NCBI GenBank assembly: GCA_964648275.1
Contig: CAZYOB010000001.1
Coordinates: 1,443 to 65,442, forward strand
Direction of reading: 5' to 3'
From: an uncultured Pseudomonadales bacterium
Lineage (GTDB): Bacteria > Patescibacteriota > Microgenomatia > UBA1400 > MFAQ01
Length of the DNA: 64,000 nt
The translations under genes were made by a program, and so were the position numbers. The notes under the pieces were generated by a model. It had not been told where the DNA came from. It searched no databases and saw only the letters and a list, made by a program, of their open reading frames with translations. How positions within the stretch are numbered: position 1 is the first letter of the stretch; the number at the start of each line of letters is the position of its first letter. This document shows, one piece after another, positions 28,935-36,533 of this stretch.

Positions 28935-31055
28935 CTAGTTGGCAGGAGTTTTCAACAACTTGGCAGCAAAACTCTGGGGAAGCTCTTGATAATGTGAGGG
29001 CTCCATGTAATAGCTGGCGCGTCCGGCGGTAAGCGATCTGATTGCGGTAGCGTAAGCGGAAAGCTCAGATAGAGGAACCTGGGCGGTGATAACACGGGCA
29101 TTACCTCTTTGAGCGGTACCGGCGATTTGAGCGCGTCTGGCGGAAAGATCTCCGATAATGTCACCCATGTTGCCTTCAGGAGTGGTGACTTCCACTTTCA
29201 TGATAGGCTCGAGGATCACGGGACCGGCTTTCTTGACAGCATCCTGGAGAGCCATTGAACCGGCAATTTTAAATGACATTTCTGAAGAGTCAACTTCATG
29301 GAAAGAACCGTCGACGACTGCAACATCGAGATCAACCATTTGGAAACCGGCGATGATACCGTTGTCGAGAGCTTCTCGAACACCCTTTTCGATAGGACCA
29401 ATGAATTCACGAGGAATGGAACCACCGACGATCTTGTTGGTGAAGGTAAATCCTTCGCCGCGGGCTTTGGGGGTAACGATGAGAATAGCGTGTCCGTATT
29501 GACCGCGACCTCCGGACTGGCGGATATATTTACCTTCTCCGCGAGCTTCTTTGGTAACAGTTTCACGATAAGCGACCTGGGGAGCACCAGTGGTGGCTTC
29601 GACCTTAAATTCTCGTTTCAGACGATCAACTAAGATTTCGAGGTGGAGTTCTCCCATACCGGCGATGACTGTCTGGCCGGTTTCGTGATCAGTTTTAATT
29701 TTAAAGGTTGGATCTTCTTCAGCAAGGCGACCAAGGGCGATGTCTAGTTTTTCCTGGTCGGCTTTTGTTTTAGGCTCGATAGCAAGGGAGATAACCGGGT
29801 CCGGGAAGTTGATCGACTCGAGAATGATGGGCTTAGTCTCTTCACAAAGGGTGTCACCGGTCTTGGTGGCTTTCAGTCCAACTACACCGACGATTTCTCC
29901 GGCACCTGCTTGAGGGATTTCTTCTCTGGAGTTGGCATGCATGAGCATCAGGCGACCAACGCGCTCACGTTCATCTTTGCCCGGGTTGTAGATATATGAA
30001 CCGGAAACGATCTTTCCCGAGTAGATGCGAACATAGGTAAGCTTACCAACATGAGGATCGGCTTGGATTTTGAAAGCCAGTCCTGCAAAAGGTTCTGCCG
30101 GATCGGGTTTTCTGATCTCTTCTTCCTGAGTCTTGGGATTGAGGCCGCGAGTAACGTCTTTGTCGAGAGGTGAGGGAAGGAAATCGACAACAGCATCGAG
30201 GAGTGGCTGGACACCTTTGTTCCTAAGTGAGGATCCGGGAAAGACGGGAACAATTTCATTCTTGATGGTGGCCTGACGGAGAGCATCTTTCAGCTCTTTC
30301 ATGGTCGGCTCTTCACCGGCAAAGAATTTGTCCATCAATTTTTCTTCGGTCTCAACGATAGCTTCAATGAGCTGGGCTCTTTCGGCTTCACACAAATCTT
30401 TCATGTCTTCAGGAAAACCTTCCAAAACATCATAGTGAGCACCGGTCTCATCACCTCTCCAGATCAGTTGCTTGCGTTCCAGTAACAGGACGATACCTTT
30501 GAATGTGTTTTCAACTCCGATAGGCAAGGCCATGGTAGCGGTTTTAGCTCCGAGTTTATTGTGGACATCATCGAGGGTGGCTTGGAAATCGGCTCCCAAA
30601 ACGTCCATTTTGTTTACAAGGGCGATGCGGGGAACTTTATATTTGTCTGCTTGGCGCCAAACAGTTTCGGTTTGTGATTGAACGCCTGATCCTGCATCGA
30701 GAACGATGATGCCACCGTCGAGCACACGGAGGGAGCGCTCAACTTCGGCAGTAAAATCAACGTGTCCGGGAGTGTCAATGATGTTGAAACGGCAAGTTTC
30801 TTTGATGTTTGTATCTTCAAGGGCGGGTGTCCAGAAAGTGGTGGTAGCAGCAGAGACGATAGTGATACCACGCTCTCTTTCCTGGTCCATCCAGTCCATC
30901 TGAGTGTCACCTTCATCGATGTCACCAATTTTGTAGGTCTTACCGGTATAGAACAGAATTCGTTCAGTGGTGGTGGTTTTCCCTGCATCAATGTGCGCAA
31001 TGACACCGATGTTTCTTACCTTGTCCAAGGGAACGGTTTTTTGTGCTGCAGCCAT
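28935..31055 (-). CDS. fusA: Elongation factor G
   Basis: 'AHIDAGKTTTTE' and 'DTPGHVDF' motifs, 706 aa. Confidence 0.95.
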   Translation of the reverse strand: MAAAQKTVPLDKVRNIGVIAHIDAGKTTTTERILFYTGKTYKIGDIDEGDTQMDWMDQERERGITIVSAATTTFWTPALEDTNIKETCRFNIIDTPGHVDFTAEVERSLRVLDGGIIVLDAGSGVQSQTETVWRQADKYKVPRIALVNKMDVLGADFQATLDDVHNKLGAKTATMALPIGVENTFKGIVLLLERKQLIWRGDETGAHYDVLEGFPEDMKDLCEAERAQLIEAIVETEEKLMDKFFAGEEPTMKELKDALRQATIKNEIVPVFPGSSLRNKGVQPLLDAVVDFLPSPLDKDVTRGLNPKTQEEEIRKPDPAEPFAGLAFKIQADPHVGKLTYVRIYSGKIVSGSYIYNPGKDERERVGRLMLMHANSREEIPQAGAGEIVGVVGLKATKTGDTLCEETKPIILESINFPDPVISLAIEPKTKADQEKLDIALGRLAEEDPTFKIKTDHETGQTVIAGMGELHLEILVDRLKREFKVEATTGAPQVAYRETVTKEARGEGKYIRQSGGRGQYGHAILIVTPKARGEGFTFTNKIVGGSIPREFIGPIEKGVREALDNGIIAGFQMVDLDVAVVDGSFHEVDSSEMSFKIAGSMALQDAVKKAGPVILEPIMKVEVTTPEGNMGDIIGDLSARRAQIAGTAQRGNARVITAQVPLSELSAYATAIRSLTAGRASYYMEPSHYQELPQSFAAKLLKTPAN

Positions 31056-31199
31056 GTTTTTTTATGTTTTATGTCTTTGTAACTCTTTGGCGAAAGAAAC
31101 CTGCCCAGTGAAGGACAGAGTTCAAACAGAGCTAATTTTATCACAGATGTGCCTATTTTTGTTAGACGGATGGAAGTTGCCGAGGAACGGTTGTTGGGA

Positions 31200-31231
31200 T
31201 ATAAAGAAAGCTCCCCGGATAAAGGGAGCTT
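31200..31231 (-). terminator. Intrinsic terminator-like hairpin after ORF 31238..31723
   Basis: AGCTCCC-loop-GGGAGCT followed by TCTTTAT on the minus strand. The U-tract is weak. Confidence 0.35.
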
Positions 31232-31237
31232 AACGGC

Positions 31238-31723
31238 TCAGGAAGATGATTTTAATATTCGGTCGCCTGAGATAGAGAAAGTGCCGATGATCAAGATGCG
31301 GATCAACCAGGCAAGAACAGCCACTACGATGGGGATGATTCTGAGCATATCGGGGCCAGCCCCCAGACTGGGGTGGTTCAAAATGGCGATGGAAATTCCC
31401 CACCAGGTAATCATGGCGTTCATAGTGGCAGCCAATAGCCATGCGCCGAGCAGGTACCAGATTGCATCCGAATCATCAGTGCCTGTCTGAGGAATAAATA
31501 ACCGAGCGAGGCCGGCAAAATCAATTCCACAGAAGGCAATCGCGAGAATAGTTGCCCAGCGGAGGTCAAAAAAGCTTAAATTGCCAAGCAGGTCGGTTAA
31601 GGCATAATCAGTAACGGAGTAATTGAAGACTTCAAAAGCCAGAAGAGAGAAAATGAGGACAAACCCGAAGAGAAGTGGTGAATTTAGTTTCACTAAAACC
31701 TCCAATGTTATGGTGCACACCAA
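31238..31723 (-). CDS. Hypothetical polytopic membrane protein
   Basis: Several hydrophobic helices and no recognisable motif. The start codon is uncertain. Confidence 0.4.
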   Translation of the reverse strand: MVCTITLEVLVKLNSPLLFGFVLIFSLLAFEVFNYSVTDYALTDLLGNLSFFDLRWATILAIAFCGIDFAGLARLFIPQTGTDDSDAIWYLLGAWLLAATMNAMITWWGISIAILNHPSLGAGPDMLRIIPIVVAVLAWLIRILIIGTFSISGDRILKSSS

Positions 31724-31787
31724 AAGGTGTTTTGTATAGGATATATTTTACGCTCCATCCAAAGGCATGTCAATGATATAGGATGAA

Positions 31788-32054
31788 TCACGGCCGGTAA
31801 ACTTCGTCATGGGTACCAATATGGATGAGGACAATCTCGTCACCTTTGATGTCAAAGATGATTCTGGTGGCCATGTCTATAGAGATGGACCACTCGGAAT
31901 TGTTTCCCAGCTTGTGAGTACGCAAAGAGGGGTGATCGGGGTCGGAGAGTAATTCCTTTAGGGATTTTATAAGCTTTTCTTTTAGCTCTGGATGAGACGA
32001 AACAAAATTCTTTATATCATCTTCAAAGTTGGGGGTTATCACCAAGCGGTACAT
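31788..32054 (-). CDS. RelE/ParE-superfamily (YafQ/StbE-like) toxin
   Basis: Start set at MYRLVIT (ATG at 32052-32054). The C-terminal 'RIIFDIKGDEIVLIHIGTHDEVY' matches the RelE/YafQ catalytic tail (R...H..Y). 88 aa. Confidence 0.6.
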   Translation of the reverse strand: MYRLVITPNFEDDIKNFVSSHPELKEKLIKSLKELLSDPDHPSLRTHKLGNNSEWSISIDMATRIIFDIKGDEIVLIHIGTHDEVYRP

Positions 32055-32055
32055 G

Positions 32056-32526
32056 TTAAAAAGTGGTGAAGTATTGGTCAATTTGTTCCGGGGTAGAGAT
32101 GACCTTATTTTCAATTTTAGCTTGTGAAAAAATTTCTTTCAGGTTTGCATCGGATACACCCGGGGAGTAATGCAAGGTCTGGAGTCCAAAATCCCTGGCC
32201 GATTCGATAATATCCGACCGGTCATCGATGAGCAGAACTTCATTTATTTGGAGACCAGTAGTGATTGATCGTGCCTGAGAAAAGGCCTCATTCCAAAATT
32301 CCGGGGATGGTTTGGGGGTGGAGGAAGTCGAGTTAACGATCAGGTCGGCAAGGGAAGAGACGCCATGAGGATCATTGTCCTGGCTTAGGGAAGTGTTGGT
32401 AGTAATGATTATTTTAAGATGATGGATTTGTTTAATCTCCTCCAGATTAGCGATGAGAGAGGCATTCCGAGACCCACCAAGATCAAGGACACCCTGCACA
32501 TCAAGGAAAATCGTTTTGATTGGCAC
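32056..32526 (-). CDS. HAD-like fold protein with degenerate motif I (DVQG instead of DxDG), translationally coupled to the downstream toxin
   Basis: 'IFLDVQGVLD' (motif I, second Asp replaced by Gln), 'IIITTNTS' (motif II), 'LLIDDRSD' (motif IV). Its stop TAA lies 1 nt from the toxin ATG. Confidence 0.45.
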   Translation of the reverse strand: MPIKTIFLDVQGVLDLGGSRNASLIANLEEIKQIHHLKIIITTNTSLSQDNDPHGVSSLADLIVNSTSSTPKPSPEFWNEAFSQARSITTGLQINEVLLIDDRSDIIESARDFGLQTLHYSPGVSDANLKEIFSQAKIENKVISTPEQIDQYFTTF

Positions 32527-32539
32527 AGCCTAAGTGTAA

Positions 32540-32564
32540 CAAAAACCCCTCCGTAAGGAGGGGG
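32540..32564 (-). terminator. Rho-independent terminator
   Basis: On the minus strand: CCCCTCC-TTAC-GGAGGGG followed by TTTTT. Confidence 0.55.
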
Positions 32565-32571
32565 AATTTCT

Positions 32572-33039
32572 TTAGCTATTATAGGTGAAATACATTGCGA
32601 AAGCCCATAAAAGTAACAATAGGATCCCAAGACCAAAATAGGACAGCATGTGGTAGTAAATACCCCTATCTACCACCACTTTCAGAGCAGTTTCTGAATG
32701 AATTTTTAGGTCAACGAAGCTTCCTTCGACAATCTGCCATTCGCCGAGTGTGGCCTGACCTTCATGGGAGAAGCCATCGGTGGTCTGGAGGGCAACTATT
32801 TCAGAGTTACCGGTGAATAAGAAAATATCATCACTGGTAGCTGAAACCTCATAGTTTGCCGACTTTACCGACGGGGAAAGAGCAGCTACCGCGTAGGATT
32901 CGCCTTCATTAAGATCATATAACTGCAAATCGTAACCGGAAATCTCCTGGGGAGTGCCACCGATGAGAACGACAAGAACAATATATCCAACCAGGAATAC
33001 CACAGAAACGAATAGAGCAATAATACTTCGACCTTCCAT
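32572..33039 (-). CDS. Hypothetical bitopic protein (N-terminal and C-terminal TM, ~100-aa ectodomain)
   Basis: Hydrophobic helices at both ends and no recognisable motifs. Confidence 0.4.
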   Translation of the reverse strand: MEGRSIIALFVSVVFLVGYIVLVVLIGGTPQEISGYDLQLYDLNEGESYAVAALSPSVKSANYEVSATSDDIFLFTGNSEIVALQTTDGFSHEGQATLGEWQIVEGSFVDLKIHSETALKVVVDRGIYYHMLSYFGLGILLLLLWAFAMYFTYNS

Positions 33040-33115
33040 ATGAGCACCTTCCTTTTGGGTTAATGTGCAAGATGCCCATATTATATAGGCTCTAGCAATA
33101 TTAAGTCAATTGAGA

Positions 33116-34315
33116 TTAGTCTACGAAGGTGAGGGCGAAGCCAGTTTTTCCGGCTCTGCCTGTACGGCCGATACGGTGAACGTAGTCATCGTAAGAACCG
33201 GGTTGATCGAAGTTGATGACGTGGGTGATGTCTTTAACATCAATTCCGCGAGCAGCGACGTCGGTGGCTACCAAGACTTTAAGCTGATCTGTCTTGAACT
33301 TTCTGAGCACATTTTCGCGTTGGTTCTGGCGTTTATTGCCGTGGATGGCATCGGCGCTAAAACCTCTTTTTTGGAGAGAGACAGAAATTTCTTCGACTCC
33401 ATACTTGGTACGACCAAAAATGAGGACTTTCTTAAATTCCTCTTTGGACAGGAGGTCAGTTAAGACATCCATTTTTTGGTCCTTGTAACCGGAAGTACGG
33501 ATGATGTTTTGTTCAACATTATGTGAAGAAGGACCGGTTTTAACCGAAATCTTGACCGGATTGTTCATGAACTGCATGGCAATGCCCTCGACACGATTGT
33601 CGATGGTGGCAGAGAAGAGAAGGGTTTGTCTAACTTTTGGAACAAAAGACAGAAGAGTGGTGATGTCATTGATGAAACCCATGTCAAGCATTCTATCGAC
33701 CTCGTCGAGGACCACAGTCGCGGTACTGCCAAGATTAAGAGCTCTGCGGTTGTAGAGGTCTTTAAGACGGCCAGGGGTACCAATATAGATATGGGGCCTG
33801 CGTCTTAAATCTTCAATCTGGCGACGAATGTCGGAACCACCGATGAGGATACAGGTATAGATAGGAAGACCGGTGGAAAGTGAGCGAATTTCGTCACGAA
33901 TTTGGACCGCCAACTCGCGGGTAGGAGCAATAATAAGGGCAGTTTGATTATCATTGGCAATCATCTTTTGGAGGATGGGAAGAACGAAGGCGGCGGTTTT
34001 CCCGGTACCAGTGTCAGCTAAACCCAGCACATCAGACCCGTTTAAGGCGGGAATTAAAGCTTTATCCTGAATAGGAGTAGGCTGGGTAAAACCTTTTTGG
34101 ATGAGGTTCTCAAGTAGCTTGCCGTGAAGCCCAAGGTCCTGAAATGAATTTTCGATGTTGACCTCGGCAGCCTCTGCGGGAGTAGCCGGCTTGATGAATA
34201 ACCTAGGATCCAGGTTTTTTGGTTGGAATCTGTTCCTTCTGGGGGCAAAAGATCCATGCTGACGGTTGCCGGGGCGAGCGCCACGACCACCAAAACGAGT
34301 TGGTTTAAACATATT
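33116..34315 (-). CDS. DEAD-box ATP-dependent RNA helicase
   Basis: Q-motif, 'GTGKTAAF' (motif I), 'VLDEVDRM' (motif II, DEVD), SAT and HRIGRTGR. I set the start at MFKPTRF; the upstream part of the track ORF is probably 5' UTR. Confidence 0.85.
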   Translation of the reverse strand, partial: NMFKPTRFGGRGARPGNRQHGSFAPRRNRFQPKNLDPRLFIKPATPAEAAEVNIENSFQDLGLHGKLLENLIQKGFTQPTPIQDKALIPALNGSDVLGLADTGTGKTAAFVLPILQKMIANDNQTALIIAPTRELAVQIRDEIRSLSTGLPIYTCILIGGSDIRRQIEDLRRRPHIYIGTPGRLKDLYNRRALNLGSTATVVLDEVDRMLDMGFINDITTLLSFVPKVRQTLLFSATIDNRVEGIAMQFMNNPVKISVKTGPSSHNVEQNIIRTSGYKDQKMDVLTDLLSKEEFKKVLIFGRTKYGVEEISVSLQKRGFSADAIHGNKRQNQRENVLRKFKTDQLKVLVATDVAARGIDVKDITHVINFDQPGSYDDYVHRIGRTGRAGKTGFALTFVD

Positions 34316-34433
34316 TTTTGTTGGGGGAAGAAAAAACTTCCCGGATTGTCCTAAAGGAAAACTCAAGATAGACAACCGGAAAGGGGGGTCTACGCGAGCC
34401 AGACTAACTGCCTGGCCTAAGAACAATATGGGG

Positions 34434-34466
34434 TATTATAACACACCATTTACCAGACTGTACAAC
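34434..34466 (-). promoter_or_regulatory. Candidate sigma70-type promoter for the DEAD-box helicase
   Basis: On the minus strand: TTGTAC, an 18-nt spacer, then TTATAAT, about 120 nt upstream of the ATG. Confidence 0.3.
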
Positions 34467-34469
34467 CCA

Positions 34470-34497
34470 CAAAAACCCCTCCTGGTAGGAGGGGGGG
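34470..34497 (-). terminator. Rho-independent terminator
   Basis: On the minus strand: CCCCTCC-TACCA-GGAGGGG followed by TTTTT. Confidence 0.55.
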
Positions 34498-34505
34498 TAA
34501 CGAGT

Positions 34506-34913
34506 TCACTCAGAAGGTGGGGTCTGGGTGGCATACGGGTCGTAATGGACCGGAGTTGGTGTCAGACGAGGCTCTCTATAGAGGCCAGGAGTGTTTCCTT
34601 TCACCGAGGCAGGAATATTCCATTCGTAACGGCCCTGCATGTAAAGCTGGCCACAGTTTAAGGAAATGTAGGCACACCCGTAAAGTTGTCCTACAAACTT
34701 TGCATCGTCAGAAACATAGCTTAAGACCACATCTCCATCGCTTTCAGTGCTGGCATTTGCCTGGGGAACACCGTCGACATATAACATGTCCTCAGGTAAA
34801 TCTCCGAGATTGATCACACCTTCGAAACGAGCCTGATCTCGGGTAGAACAGCCGTAAACGAGTAAGGCGAACAAAATGAAAAGAAGAACAAAAAAACCAG
34901 TTTTATAGTTCAC
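34506..34913 (-). CDS. Hypothetical lipoprotein
   Basis: Signal peptide with a lipobox-like 'LLVYGCS'; 135 aa. Confidence 0.45.
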   Translation of the reverse strand: MNYKTGFFVLLFILFALLVYGCSTRDQARFEGVINLGDLPEDMLYVDGVPQANASTESDGDVVLSYVSDDAKFVGQLYGCAYISLNCGQLYMQGRYEWNIPASVKGNTPGLYREPRLTPTPVHYDPYATQTPPSE

Positions 34914-34989
34914 GGTCCCTCCAGCAAGTTAGGGTGAAAAAATCAAGAAATATTATCACATCTTATAGTATTTCTTAACAGTGAAAGAG

Positions 34990-35019
34990 TAAACAAAAAC
35001 CTCCCTCCGTAGAGGGAGG
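34990..35019 (-). terminator. Rho-independent terminator
   Basis: On the minus strand: CCTCCCTC-TACG-GAGGGAGG followed by TTTTTGTTT. Confidence 0.55.
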
Positions 35020-35027
35020 AAACGTTA

Positions 35028-35456
35028 TTACTCCGATCTTGACTGTTCGTAACGATGGTCTTCTCTAAGGACGATGTACTTTGCCTCAATTAACTTTCCG
35101 TTTTCAATGATAAATTCAAGATTGATCTCACCGAAGATGGTAATAGTATCGTCTTTGTCGACCCAAAACCCAGTGTCATAATCGTGATCCCATGATCCAT
35201 CATGTTCGATCACAAGACCCGGTCCCGTGATGGAAAACTGACACAGTGCTCCTTTGGTTTCCTCTATCTTGGTAATAACTGCCTCGATCACCGAGAGTTT
35301 AGATCTATGTAAAAATGTGACAGAGGTAGATTTCTCAATTCCTGACAAGAAATCAGAGACACTAGTACCCCATCTTACCGAGTAAGTGCCATCATCCTCA
35401 TGCATGATATGGCAGAATGTTTGACCTTTATCTTTGGCATACAGAATCTGAGACAT
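35028..35456 (-). CDS. Hypothetical protein
   Basis: 142-aa acidic soluble ORF with no recognisable motif. Confidence 0.4.
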   Translation of the reverse strand: MSQILYAKDKGQTFCHIMHEDDGTYSVRWGTSVSDFLSGIEKSTSVTFLHRSKLSVIEAVITKIEETKGALCQFSITGPGLVIEHDGSWDHDYDTGFWVDKDDTITIFGEINLEFIIENGKLIEAKYIVLREDHRYEQSRSE

Positions 35457-35559
35457 GGGAGACTCCTTTTTTGCCTATTTAACGTGCTATTGACTTCTGT
35501 GGGACTGATGGTATCCCTTTGGGATATAGAATGTCAATTGAGGATAATCTTTGTGCCTG

Positions 35560-35593
35560 TTTTTACCAAAAATCCCGCTTCAACGCGGGATTT
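35560..35593 (-). terminator. Rho-independent terminator after rpsG
   Basis: On the minus strand: AATCCCGC-GTTGAA-GCGGGATT followed by TTTTGG. Confidence 0.5.
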
Positions 35594-35615
35594 CTTGGTG
35601 AATTAATAATTCAAT

Positions 35616-36092
35616 TTACCATCTAAAGTGAGCAAAGGCTTTGTTGGCTTCGGCCATCTTGTGGGTGTCCAGCTTCTTCTTGACGGCTGCACCCTGATTC
35701 TCGTGAGCTTCGGTGATCTCAGCGGCGAGTTTGTCGGCGAAAGTCCTGTAGGGGTTGTTCGATCTGGCTTTAGCACCGTTGAGGATCCAGCGAATTGCAA
35801 GAGAGTCACGGCGTTCCGGGCGTATAGGGGTAGGAACCTGATAGGAAGCACCACCGACACGTCTGGAGCGAACTTCAATAGTAGGCTTGACGTTGTCGAC
35901 AGCTTCGGCAAGATATTCAATGCCGCTCTTACCCGATTGTTCAGCGACGATATCAATAGCCCGATAAACGATCTTTTCGGCGACACTCTTTCTACCGTCC
36001 TGCATGACACCATTAACGATCTTGGCGACCAAAGGACTGCCGTAGACCGGGTCGAGAACGACGGGTTTAATAGGGGTTTTTCTTGATCTCAT
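35616..36092 (-). CDS. rpsG: 30S ribosomal protein S7
   Basis: 158 aa with the S7 signature; next to rpsL. Confidence 0.9.
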   Translation of the reverse strand: MRSRKTPIKPVVLDPVYGSPLVAKIVNGVMQDGRKSVAEKIVYRAIDIVAEQSGKSGIEYLAEAVDNVKPTIEVRSRRVGGASYQVPTPIRPERRDSLAIRWILNGAKARSNNPYRTFADKLAAEITEAHENQGAAVKKKLDTHKMAEANKAFAHFRW

Positions 36093-36097
36093 ATTCT

Positions 36098-36514
36098 TTA
36101 TTTAGCTGAAGGGCGTTTTTGACCGTATTTACTTCTGCTGGTGCGGCGTTTGTCGACACCACCGGCATCCAATTTACCTCTGATAATGTGGTATTTAACA
36201 CCAGGGAGATCTCTAACGCGTCCGGCTCTGACAAGAACGATAGAGTGCTCAGCCAAGTTGTGACCTTCACCCATAATATAGGCAGTGACTTCCTGTTTGT
36301 TACTGAGCCTGACTCTGGCGACCTTACGAAGAGCAGAGTTAGGTTTTTTAGGAGTCATGGTCTTGACCTGCAAGCAGACACCCGCTTTTTGAGGGTTCAT
36401 AGTAGACACCATTCTGCGCTTAATCGAATTAAAACTTTTGCGAAGAGCAGTGGCTTTAATTTTTTTAGGAACAGGCTTGCGTCCTTTTTTGATTAGCTGA
36501 TTAATTGTAGGCAT
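36098..36514 (-). CDS. rpsL: 30S ribosomal protein S12
   Basis: '[11 protein letters not shown]' N-terminus and a 'PKKPNSA' loop. Confidence 0.95.
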   Translation of the reverse strand: MPTINQLIKKGRKPVPKKIKATALRKSFNSIKRRMVSTMNPQKAGVCLQVKTMTPKKPNSALRKVARVRLSNKQEVTAYIMGEGHNLAEHSIVLVRAGRVRDLPGVKYHIIRGKLDAGGVDKRRTSRSKYGQKRPSAK

Positions 36515-36533
36515 ATTTCAGATGTGTATTTTA

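Noticed and set aside
32540-35019. Repeated GGAGGGG/CCCCTCC elements as a possible CRISPR-like or tandem repeat array
   Set aside because: There are only three copies, the spacing is irregular (about 1.9 kb and 0.5 kb), and each sits exactly at a gene 3' end with a U-tract. They are terminators.
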